64,000 nucleotides of DNA from an uncultured Acidimicrobiaceae bacterium (GTDB lineage Bacteria; Actinomycetota; Acidimicrobiia; Acidimicrobiales; RAAP-2). Shown here in pieces: positions 15,481 to 23,808 of the stretch. Within the stretch, counting starts at the first letter, position 1; each line of letters opens with the position of its first letter. Below the pieces are notes generated by a model. That model was not told the DNA's origin. It saw only the letters and a program-made list of their open reading frames with translations, and did no database searches. The stretch is from contig OY970351.1 of the NCBI GenBank assembly GCA_963717975.1, positions 2,129,729-2,193,728 of the forward strand, given 5' to 3'. The position numbers and the translations under genes are program-made.

Positions 15481-16770
15481 ATGCTTCGCCGACTCGGGAA
15501 CATCTTTCGCGTACCGGACCTTCGCAACAAGGTCCTGTTCACGATTGGCGTCATCTGCCTGTACCAGGCGGGCGCCAACATCCCGATCCCCGGTGTGAGT
15601 TGGAGCCAGGTCGAGTTGCTCCAGTCCAAGGCCGGCGCCAGTGGCGTCCTCGGCTTCTTGAACCTCTTCTCCGGAGGGGCCCTTACCCGACTCGCGGTCT
15701 TCGGACTCGGCGTCATGCCCTACATCACGAGTTCCATCGTGATCCAGCTCCTGACGACCGTGATCCCGAAGCTCACGCAGTGGCGTGACCAGGGGGCCGT
15801 CGGGCAGAAGAAGATCACGCAGACGACCCGCTACCTGACCATTGGCCTGGCCCTGTTGCAGTCGACGGGTCTCATTTACGCCTTCCACGGTCACGACCAG
15901 GCGCTGCTCGGCTTCAACATCGACCTGATCCCCAAGTTCACCCTCTGGCTCGGCCTCTTCATGGTCGCGATCATGACCGCGGGCACCGCCTTCGTCATGT
16001 GGCTCGCGGAACTGATCACCCAGCGCGGTATCGGCCAGGGCATGAGCCTGCTCATCTTCGCCAACGTCGTCGCGGGCATCCCGTCGGGCGGCCACGCGGT
16101 CCTCGACGAGGGTGGCCCGGTCAAGTTTGTCGTCCTGCTCCTCGTGTCGATTGCGCTGTTGGTCCTCATCGTCTTCATGGACAACGGCCAACGGCGTATC
16201 CCGGTCACGTTCGCGCGACGCGTCGTCGGTCGAAAAGAGATGGGCGGGAACTCGACGTATATACCGCTCAAGGTCAACCAGTCCGGTGTGATCCCGATCA
16301 TCTTCGCGTCCTCGGTGCTCTACATCCCGATCCTGTTGAGCAACATCGTGCCGTGGGCGAGCTTCACGAACTTCGTGAACTCCTCGCTGCACCCGACGAG
16401 CTTTTTCTACATCATCTCGGACTTCGTCTTGATCGTCGCCTTCACGTTCTTCTACGTCTACATCGCCTTCGAGCCGCACCAGCAGGCCGAGATGTTGCGC
16501 CAGCAGGGCGGCTTCGTCCCGGGCATCCGACCGGGCATGCCGACCGAGCGCTACTTCGCCAAGATGCTGTCGCGCATCACGTGCGTGGGCGCGGTCTTCC
16601 TCGCCTCGGTCGCCGTCGTGCCGAGCATCCTCATGGCCCTGTGGAACATCAACCGCTTCCCGTACTACGGCACCACCTTGCTCATCGCCGTGGGTGTGGC
16701 CCTCGAGACCATGCGCCAGATCGACAGCCAGCTGATGATGCGTAACTACGAAGGCTTCCTGAAGCGATAG
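15481..16770 (+). CDS. secY: Preprotein translocase subunit SecY
   Basis: 429 aa, multi-TM. LFSGGAL..FGLGVMPYITSSI motif. Confidence 0.97.
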   Translation: MLRRLGNIFRVPDLRNKVLFTIGVICLYQAGANIPIPGVSWSQVELLQSKAGASGVLGFLNLFSGGALTRLAVFGLGVMPYITSSIVIQLLTTVIPKLTQWRDQGAVGQKKITQTTRYLTIGLALLQSTGLIYAFHGHDQALLGFNIDLIPKFTLWLGLFMVAIMTAGTAFVMWLAELITQRGIGQGMSLLIFANVVAGIPSGGHAVLDEGGPVKFVVLLLVSIALLVLIVFMDNGQRRIPVTFARRVVGRKEMGGNSTYIPLKVNQSGVIPIIFASSVLYIPILLSNIVPWASFTNFVNSSLHPTSFFYIISDFVLIVAFTFFYVYIAFEPHQQAEMLRQQGGFVPGIRPGMPTERYFAKMLSRITCVGAVFLASVAVVPSILMALWNINRFPYYGTTLLIAVGVALETMRQIDSQLMMRNYEGFLKR

Positions 16771-16772
16771 TC

Positions 16773-17432
16773 ATGTCGCCACGTCTGAATCTGATCGTCC
16801 TGGGCAAACAGGGCGCGGGGAAGGGAACCCAGTCCACGGTCCTCTCCGAGAAGTACGGCATCCCGCACGTCTCGACGGGCGACATCTTGCGCAACGCGGT
16901 GAAGGCCGGCAGCGAGTTAGGGAAGAAGGTCGCGTCGATCCTCGAGGCCGGTGACCTCGTCTCGGATGACATCGTGAATCAACTCGTGGATCAGCGTTTC
17001 CATGAGCCCGACGCCCGACGCGGTGTGTTGCTGGACGGCTTTCCGCGAACCATCGGCCAGGCCGAGGCGCTCGAGGCGATGCTCGGCGAGGACGGCATCA
17101 AACTGTGCATCAACCTCGACGTGCCCATCGAACTGGTCACGCAGCGACTCTCTTCGCGCCGGGTCTGCCAGGAGTGCGGCACCACCTACAAGGACTCGGA
17201 CATCGAAGCGATCTCGGGCACGTGCTCGAACTGCGGCGGCGACGTGATCCAACGAACCGACGACTACCCGGAAGCGATTCGCACCCGACTGGCCAACTAC
17301 GAACGTGACACCGAGCCGTTGCTCGCCTTTTACGGCACTCGGGGACTGCTCGTCACGGTGGACGGTGATCAAAGTCCCGAGGACGTCACCAACGAAATCA
17401 TGAAGCTCGTCCACGAACGAGGTCTCGCGTGA
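16773..17432 (+). CDS. adk: Adenylate kinase (Zn-lid type)
   Basis: GKQGAGKGTQ P-loop. CxxC...CxxC lid (CQECG...CSNCG). Confidence 0.96.
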   Translation: MSPRLNLIVLGKQGAGKGTQSTVLSEKYGIPHVSTGDILRNAVKAGSELGKKVASILEAGDLVSDDIVNQLVDQRFHEPDARRGVLLDGFPRTIGQAEALEAMLGEDGIKLCINLDVPIELVTQRLSSRRVCQECGTTYKDSDIEAISGTCSNCGGDVIQRTDDYPEAIRTRLANYERDTEPLLAFYGTRGLLVTVDGDQSPEDVTNEIMKLVHERGLA

Positions 17433-18169
17433 GGCGGTCGGCCGATGAACTGAACAAGATGCGCAAGGCTGGCAAGGTCGTTGCCGAGATGCACGAAGCG
17501 ACGCGCGCGGCGATTCGTCCGGGCGTGACGACGGCGCAACTGAACGACATTGCGGCCGAGGTCATCGCCAAGCGCGGCGCCCGGTCGAACTTCCTCAACT
17601 ACAACGGTTTTCCGGCGGTCATCTGCACGAGTCCCAACGACATGATCGTCCACGGCATCCCCGGGAACTACGTCCTGCGCGACGGCGACATCATCTCGGT
17701 CGACGCGGGTGCGATCATCGAGGGCTACCACGGTGACGCGGCCTACACCGCGGGCGTCGGCGATATCAGCGATGAGGCGCGCCGACTGATCGAGGTCACG
17801 GAGCGTTCTCTCTGGGCCGGCATCGATCAACTCAAAAAGGGCAACCGCCTCAACGAGGTCGGTCGTGCGGTGCAGAGGGTCGCCGAGGCGGCGGGCTATT
17901 CGGTGGTGCGCGAGTACGTCGGTCACGCGATCGGCACCGCCATGCACGAGACCCCGCAGGTCCCGAACTACTGGCCGGGTACACCCGGACCGACGTTGAA
18001 AGAAGGCATGGTCTTCGCCATCGAACCGATGGTGAACGTCGGCGGCTACGAGACGTACCTCTTGGACGATGGCTGGGGCGTGATGACCCAGGACGGCAAG
18101 CTGTCGGCACACTTCGAACACACCATCGCAGTCACCGACGACGGTCCGGAGGTCTTCACGGTCGCCTAG
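17429..18169 (+). CDS. map: Methionine aminopeptidase type I
   Basis: 246 aa. Metal ligands in DGDIISVD, HGD, FAIEP and EHT contexts. GTG start overlaps the adk stop. Confidence 0.95.
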   Translation: MRRSADELNKMRKAGKVVAEMHEATRAAIRPGVTTAQLNDIAAEVIAKRGARSNFLNYNGFPAVICTSPNDMIVHGIPGNYVLRDGDIISVDAGAIIEGYHGDAAYTAGVGDISDEARRLIEVTERSLWAGIDQLKKGNRLNEVGRAVQRVAEAAGYSVVREYVGHAIGTAMHETPQVPNYWPGTPGPTLKEGMVFAIEPMVNVGGYETYLLDDGWGVMTQDGKLSAHFEHTIAVTDDGPEVFTVA

Positions 18170-18810
18170 TCCTTCGGACGAACCCTGTCCTGTTGTCGTT
18201 GCGCGAAGAGTGCGGCCTCGGTGCGCCGCTGGAAGCCCAGCTTGGCGAGCAGGTTCGACACGTAGTTCTTCACGGTCTTCTCGGCGAGGAACAGTGTCTC
18301 GGCGATCTCGCGATTACTGAGTCCCTCGCTCAAGAGATCGAGGATGCGCCGCTCCTGCGGTCGCAGGCTGTCGAGGCGGATCTCCTCATTTATCTGACGA
18401 ACGAGACGTTCTCGCGCGCGCGCTACCTGTTCGCTCGTCAGGAGCATCTCGCCGTTCGCGACGCGCCGAATCGCCACGATCAAGTCCTCCCCGAGCACGT
18501 TCTTCAAGACGTATCCCTGCGCGCCGGCGAGGAATGACGCGACGAGCGCCTCGTTGTCCGCGAAGGACGTCAGCATCAGACAGCCGAGTTCGGGGCGGAG
18601 GGCCCGTAACTGTCGACAGAGGTCGACGCCGCTCCCGTCGGGCATGCGCACGTCAAGTACCGCGACGTCGATCAGCGAGATGTCATGGTCGAGCGCCGCC
18701 GCGAGCGAACCCGCCTGGGCCGCGACGTGAATGTCGCCCTCGGCTTCGAAGAGTTCTCGCAGTCCCCGGCGAACGATCTCGTGATCGTCGACCAGTAGGA
18801 GATTGATCAC
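18166..18810 (-). CDS. NarL/LuxR-family response regulator (no adjacent kinase)
   Basis: ORF 18166..19011 trimmed to GTG 18810 (VINLLLVDDHEIVRRGL). Receiver domain (DVRMPDGSG) plus LuxR HTH (LSNREIAETLFLAEKTVKNYVSNLLAKLG). Confidence 0.85.
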   Translation of the reverse strand: MINLLLVDDHEIVRRGLRELFEAEGDIHVAAQAGSLAAALDHDISLIDVAVLDVRMPDGSGVDLCRQLRALRPELGCLMLTSFADNEALVASFLAGAQGYVLKNVLGEDLIVAIRRVANGEMLLTSEQVARARERLVRQINEEIRLDSLRPQERRILDLLSEGLSNREIAETLFLAEKTVKNYVSNLLAKLGFQRRTEAALFAQRQQDRVRPKD

Positions 18811-18890
18811 GGAGCCGGTCGATTGTCGTTCAACGTTGGTAACGCCACCGACCGAATCATCGCATACTTGAAAATCGACCGTTCGGGTGC

Positions 18891-19553
18891 CTACTCTTCC
18901 TCGAAGTATCGCCAATGCCCTTCGGTGATCACTTCGACGCCGCCGTCCACGACCTGGATGGCGGTCTGATCGTCGATCGCGTACGCCGGCACCGGGATGG
19001 TCGCGGCCCAACGCTCGGCGTCGGCCATAGTGTTCTCGGGCAACGCTTCGTGATCGAGGTGCGGAAAGATGGCGAAGTCAACCAGGCCCAACGCCTCGTC
19101 GGGCACCTCCGTGTTCTTCCAGTTCCGGAAGTCCTCGCCGATGCACGGCGACATCACCATGCTCCCGCCGCTCAGGCCCACGTAGACCATCGCCGGCAAC
19201 GACGAAAAGAGGTCCGCCAGTCCGGACAGCCGCATCCAGTGGTTCAGATAGATGGCGTCGCCGCCCGCGACTAAGAGGACGTCAGCGGCCTGGACGCGCG
19301 GGACCCAGCGCTCGGCCTCGACGCTCGCGAGCGCGGCGAGTTCCAACACACCCAGGGACCTCCAACCCAACTCGGCCATCGGCGTCGAGGCCGTCCCCGC
19401 GATGAACTCATAGGCCCGAGTGCCTCCGGTCGCCCACATGGCGGTGGGGATCAAGAGGGCGTCGGACTCGGCGATCGGTTTGCCCAGGAGATCGACCAAC
19501 GCGTTTTTGATGCTTTGATTCTTGATGCCGGCGGAGGTGAGGAGAAGTTTCAA
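18891..19553 (-). CDS. Peptidase S51 (dipeptidase E-like) family protein
   Basis: 220 aa. MKLLLTSAGI... and GLSGGSMV nucleophile context. Confidence 0.75.
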   Translation of the reverse strand: MKLLLTSAGIKNQSIKNALVDLLGKPIAESDALLIPTAMWATGGTRAYEFIAGTASTPMAELGWRSLGVLELAALASVEAERWVPRVQAADVLLVAGGDAIYLNHWMRLSGLADLFSSLPAMVYVGLSGGSMVMSPCIGEDFRNWKNTEVPDEALGLVDFAIFPHLDHEALPENTMADAERWAATIPVPAYAIDDQTAIQVVDGGVEVITEGHWRYFEEE

Positions 19554-19715
19554 TTCGTCGCTCCATTGTGAGAGTGGTCGGATCGCGTGCCGAGCCTAAC
19601 GGAGCCCGAATATGCCCTTTGACGACCGGCAGAGGAATCCAACGACGCCTATAGAATTGAGCGACTCAGTTTGGCCGTAGAAAGTTGTGAAATCGGACTG
19701 AGGACGCGCCAACTT

Positions 19716-19743
19716 TTGCGTTTTGGCGAAATTTTGGTAGAAT
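19716..19743 (+). promoter_or_regulatory. Sigma-70-type promoter for infA-rpmJ-rpsM...
   Basis: TTGCGT (19716-19721), 16-nt spacer, TAGAAT (19738-19743), in a 280-nt AT-richer intergenic region. Confidence 0.5.
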
Positions 19744-19835
19744 TGTCAGCCGACCTCTTGGCGTGCCTCGAGGTCTATCCGTGAAGGAGTGTTTGGTCCT
19801 TCACGTCCCGCCGTGCCGTTACAAGGAGAAAGAAC

Positions 19836-20060
19836 CTGAGCAAGCCAAAGGAAGACGCGTTCACCGTTGAGGGAACCGTCGTGGAGCCTCTACCAAACGC
19901 CATGTTTCGCGTGGAATTAGAGAACGGGTATACCGTCCTCGCGCACAGCTCAGGAAAGATGCGCATGCACCGCATTCGCATCCTTCCCGGGGACAAGGTC
20001 CAGGTGGAAATCACTCCCTACGACATGACCCGCGGTCGCATCACCTACCGCTACAAATAG
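19836..20060 (+). CDS. infA: Translation initiation factor IF-1, apparent CTG start
   Basis: Absent from the ORF track. Hand translation gives (L/M)[73 protein letters not shown]. There is no ATG, GTG or TTG in frame back to stop 19782-19784. SD AAGGAG lies 7 nt upstream of CTG 19836. Confidence 0.85.
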   Translation: MSKPKEDAFTVEGTVVEPLPNAMFRVELENGYTVLAHSSGKMRMHRIRILPGDKVQVEITPYDMTRGRITYRYK

Positions 20061-20091
20061 CTCCAGTTCTAGAAGATCGAGAAAGAGAAAC

Positions 20092-20205
20092 ATGAAGGTT
20101 CGCGCAAGCGTCAAGCCCATGTGTGAGAAGTGCAAGGTAATTCGCAGGGCCGGCGTCGTCCGTGTCATCTGCGAACAACCTCGCCACAAGCAGCGCCAGG
20201 GCTAG
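20092..20205 (+). CDS. rpmJ: 50S ribosomal protein L36
   Basis: 37 aa, hand translated: [37 protein letters not shown]. Confidence 0.93.
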   Translation: MKVRASVKPMCEKCKVIRRAGVVRVICEQPRHKQRQG

Positions 20206-20212
20206 GAGAGAC

Positions 20213-20590
20213 ATGGCTCGTATTGCTGGAGTGGACATCCCGCGTGACAAGCGCACGGTGATCGCACTCACCTATATCTTCGGCGTCGGTCCGACCATCG
20301 CCCAACAGGTCTGCGCCGCAACCGGCGTGGACGAATCGACGCGCGTGAAGGATCTCAGCGAGGCTGACGTCAACAAACTACGTGCCTACATCGACCAGAA
20401 CGTCACCGTCGAGGGTGACCTTCGCCGTGATGTGGCCCAGGACATCAAGCGCAAGATGGAGATCAACTGCCTGCAGGGGATCCGTCACCGCAAGGGACTG
20501 CCCGTGCGCGGTCAGCGCACGCGGACCAACGCCCGTACCCGCAAGGGACCGAAGCGCACCGTCGCCGGTAAGAAGAAGGTTACGAAGTAA
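20213..20590 (+). CDS. rpsM: 30S ribosomal protein S13
   Basis: ORF 20162..20590 trimmed to ATG 20213. [14 protein letters not shown]. Confidence 0.95.
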   Translation: MARIAGVDIPRDKRTVIALTYIFGVGPTIAQQVCAATGVDESTRVKDLSEADVNKLRAYIDQNVTVEGDLRRDVAQDIKRKMEINCLQGIRHRKGLPVRGQRTRTNARTRKGPKRTVAGKKKVTK

Positions 20591-20985
20591 TGGCTAAGCC
20601 GAATACGGTTCGCAAAGGACGCAAGAAGGAGCGCAAGAACGTCGCCTTTGGCGTCGCGCACATCAAGAGCTCGTTCAACAACACGATCGTGTCGATCTCG
20701 GACCCCGAGGGCAACGTGCTCTCGTGGGCCAGTTCCGGCCAGGTCGGCTTCAAGGGATCGCGTAAGTCCACGCCGTACGCCGCGCAGCTCGCCGCCGAGA
20801 AGTGCGCGCGCGCCGCGATGGAACACGGGGTGAAGAAGGTCGACGTGCTCGTGCGCGGACCGGGATCCGGTCGCGAGACCGCGATTCGTTCGATCGCCGC
20901 GGCCGGTATCGAAGTCGTGGCCATCAAGGACGTCACGCCCTTGCCGCACAACGGGTGTCGCCCCAAGAAGCGTCGTAGGGGTTAG
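20590..20985 (+). CDS. rpsK: 30S ribosomal protein S11
   Basis: 131 aa. [16 protein letters not shown]... Confidence 0.97.
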   Translation: MAKPNTVRKGRKKERKNVAFGVAHIKSSFNNTIVSISDPEGNVLSWASSGQVGFKGSRKSTPYAAQLAAEKCARAAMEHGVKKVDVLVRGPGSGRETAIRSIAAAGIEVVAIKDVTPLPHNGCRPKKRRRG

Positions 20986-20987
20986 TC

Positions 20988-21632
20988 ATGGCTCGTTACA
21001 CCGGACCCGTGTGTCGACTCTGTCGTCGTGAACGCACCAAGTTGTACTTGAAGGGTGAGCGCTGCTTCACCATGAAGTGCCCCGTCGCCGAGAACTCGGA
21101 TCGTCAGATGCGCGCCTTCCCGCCGGGCATGCACGGCCGCGACCGTCAACGCCAGGGTTCGGAGTACCTGACCCAGCTGCGTGAGAAGCAGAAGGCCCGC
21201 CGTATCTACGGTCTGTTGGAAAAGCAGTTCCGCAACCTCTACGAAGAGGCCAGTCACCGCCCCGGCATGACCGGCACGAATCTCTTGCAGTTCCTGGAGC
21301 TGCGCCTCGACAACATCGCCTACCGCGCCGGTTGGGGCGCGTCGCGCGCCCAGGCCCGTCAGTTCGTGCGGCACGGCCACGTGACCGTCGACGGCAAGCG
21401 CGTCAACATCCCGTCGTACCGCGTTCGCCCCGGCGAGGTCATCGCCCTCAAGAACGTCACGCGCGAGAACTTCAACGTGAAGCGCAACCTTGACGTCCTG
21501 GACCGCACGGTCCCGGGCTGGCTCGAGACGGGCGACGGCGGCTTCAGTGTCACCGTGCGCATCGTGCCGCAACGCGAACAGATCGACGAGTCGATCAAGG
21601 AGCAGCTCATCGTCGAGCTGTACTCCAAGTAA
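20988..21632 (+). CDS. rpsD: 30S ribosomal protein S4
   Basis: 214 aa. MARYTGPVCRLCRRE... and an S4 RNA-binding domain. Confidence 0.96.
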   Translation: MARYTGPVCRLCRRERTKLYLKGERCFTMKCPVAENSDRQMRAFPPGMHGRDRQRQGSEYLTQLREKQKARRIYGLLEKQFRNLYEEASHRPGMTGTNLLQFLELRLDNIAYRAGWGASRAQARQFVRHGHVTVDGKRVNIPSYRVRPGEVIALKNVTRENFNVKRNLDVLDRTVPGWLETGDGGFSVTVRIVPQREQIDESIKEQLIVELYSK

Positions 21633-21663
21633 CCGAACCTTTCACAGACTTAGAGGAGTCCCC

Positions 21664-22605
21664 ATGTTGATCATCCAGCGCCCCATCATCGAAGCCCTCG
21701 GCGACGAAGAGAACAACCGTCAGTCCTTCGGTATCGGTCCGCTCGACCCCGGCTTCGGCCACACGCTCGGCAACTCACTTCGCCGCACGCTGCTCTCGTC
21801 GATCCCCGGCGCCGCCGCGACGCGCGTGAAGTTCGACGCCGTGCTGCACGAGTTCGGCGTCATCGAGGGCGTGAAGGAAGACGTCCAGGACATCTGCCTG
21901 AACCTGAAAGACCTCCTCTTGCAGGTGCACAGCGACGAGCCCGTCACGCTGCGTCTCGACAAGCGCGGCGAGGGCCCCGTCACCGCGGCCGACCTTTCGA
22001 CGACCGCCGACGTGGAGATCTTGAACGCCGACCTGCACCTCGCGTACCTCACCAACGCGAAGAGCGCGCTGACCTTCGAGCTCACCGTCGAGCGCGGCAA
22101 GGGCTACGTCGGAGCCGAGGGCAACAAGGGATCCTCGACGATCGGGGTCATCCCGCTCGACGCCATCTTCACCCCGGTGCGTCGCGTCAGCTTCGAGATC
22201 GAGCCCGTGCGTGTCGAGCAGTCCAAGGACTTCGACCGTCTGGTGATCGAGATCGAGACCGACGGATCGATCAGCCCCCGCGAGGCACTGGCCTCGGCCG
22301 GCAAGACCCTCGGCTCACTGGTCGAGCTGATCGGCAACTTCGACGACGAGGCGCCGGCGCTGGAGTTGGGCGACGTGGGCACGGCCCAGGCGGCCGCCAG
22401 CGAGCTCGACATCCGTATCGAAGAGCTCGGCCTGACCGAGCGTTCGCGGAACTGCCTCAAGCGCGCCGGCATCAACACCATCGCGCAACTCGTGAACGCC
22501 ACCGAGCGCGACCTCACGTCGATCACCAACTTCGGTGCCACCTCGCTGAAAGACGTGAACGACCGCCTCGAAGAGCGCGGCCTCTCGCTGCGGGTCGAGG
22601 ACTAA
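21664..22605 (+). CDS. rpoA: DNA-directed RNA polymerase subunit alpha
   Basis: ORF 21490..22605 trimmed to ATG 21664. GPLDPGFGHTLGNSLRRTLLSSIPGAA. Confidence 0.95.
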   Translation: MLIIQRPIIEALGDEENNRQSFGIGPLDPGFGHTLGNSLRRTLLSSIPGAAATRVKFDAVLHEFGVIEGVKEDVQDICLNLKDLLLQVHSDEPVTLRLDKRGEGPVTAADLSTTADVEILNADLHLAYLTNAKSALTFELTVERGKGYVGAEGNKGSSTIGVIPLDAIFTPVRRVSFEIEPVRVEQSKDFDRLVIEIETDGSISPREALASAGKTLGSLVELIGNFDDEAPALELGDVGTAQAAASELDIRIEELGLTERSRNCLKRAGINTIAQLVNATERDLTSITNFGATSLKDVNDRLEERGLSLRVED

Positions 22606-22607
22606 CC

Positions 22608-22970
22608 ATGCGCGGTACTCCTACCAAGGGCAAGCGATTCGGTGGCGACTCCGCGCACCAAAAGGCGATGATGGGCAACCTCGTCGCGTCGATGATCGCC
22701 GCGGAATCGATCGTGACGACCGAAGCCAAGGCTAAGGCCTTGCGACCGATCGTCGAGAAGGTCGTGACCGCCGCCAAGAACTCGCCCGAGGGATCGGTCC
22801 ACGCGCAGCGTCGCGTAGTGGCGTTCATTCGCGACAAGGACATGGCTCACAAGCTCTTCACCGAGATCGCGCCGCGCTACACCGATCGCCCCGGTGGTTA
22901 CACGCGGATCTTGAAGCTCGGGCCGCGCCAAGGTGACAACGCCCCGATGGCGCGCATTGAGTTCGTCTGA
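22608..22970 (+). CDS. rplQ: 50S ribosomal protein L17
   Basis: 120 aa. Ends in GGYTRILKLGPRQGDNAPMARIEFV. Confidence 0.96.
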   Translation: MRGTPTKGKRFGGDSAHQKAMMGNLVASMIAAESIVTTEAKAKALRPIVEKVVTAAKNSPEGSVHAQRRVVAFIRDKDMAHKLFTEIAPRYTDRPGGYTRILKLGPRQGDNAPMARIEFV

Positions 22971-23808
22971 TCCACCCCTAGGCGTCCAACGGTGGCGCCT
23001 GGACATCGCCTACGACGGCAACGCGTTCTCCGGCTTCGCCTATCAGCCCGAGTTCACGACGGTAGTGGGAGTGCTGCGCCAGACGCTGGCGGGCACGCTA
23101 AGTATCGAAGAGCCGATCATCGTCGGCGCTGGTCGTACTGACGCCGGGGTGCACGCCTTCGCCCAGGTCGTCCACGTCGATCTGCCGCTCACCCTGTTCG
23201 CGGTCAAACGCGGTCCGGACGCTGCCCGACTGGTTCGATCGCTGAACCAGCAACTACGTGGACGGATCAAAGTACTCGCCGCTCGTCCGGTCGAAGCGAC
23301 GTTCCACGCTCGACACTCCGCGATCTGGCGCGAGTATCGCTACCTCGTGCTGGAAACGACTGGCCCGTCGCTCGAACTCACGGATCGATGGTCGTGGGCG
23401 GTGCAGGGCCCCGTGGACGTCGAGGCCATGAATCGGGTGAGCCGCGAGATCGTTGGCTTGCACGACTTTCGTGCGTTCTGCCGCCGGCCGACGAACTCGA
23501 CGCCGGAAGAGCCGCTGCTGCGTCGGGTCATCGACGCGCGCTGGGAACGATTGGCCGACGGGTGGGCGTTGACGCCGGATCACTCGCCGACACTAAAATT
23601 CACGATCCGCGCCGAGTCGTTCTGTCACAACATGGTGCGCTGTCTCACGTCGGTGCTCGTGGCGATCGGCCAGGAAAAGCTGCCCGAATCGACGATGTCC
23701 GAACGACTGTCGAGCCTCAGTCGCGACCATCTGCCCGCGCCAGCGCCGGCCCAAGGTCTGGCCTTGATCGACGTGGGCTATGAAGGGCTGCCCGACATCG
23801 CTGGGTAG
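22957..23808 (+). CDS. truA: tRNA pseudouridine(38-40) synthase
   Basis: WRLDIAYDGNAFSGFAYQP and GAGRTDAGVHA catalytic Asp motif. Start is ambiguous (TTG 22957 or GTG 22933). Confidence 0.88.
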   Translation: MSSSDPPLGVQRWRLDIAYDGNAFSGFAYQPEFTTVVGVLRQTLAGTLSIEEPIIVGAGRTDAGVHAFAQVVHVDLPLTLFAVKRGPDAARLVRSLNQQLRGRIKVLAARPVEATFHARHSAIWREYRYLVLETTGPSLELTDRWSWAVQGPVDVEAMNRVSREIVGLHDFRAFCRRPTNSTPEEPLLRRVIDARWERLADGWALTPDHSPTLKFTIRAESFCHNMVRCLTSVLVAIGQEKLPESTMSERLSSLSRDHLPAPAPAQGLALIDVGYEGLPDIAG

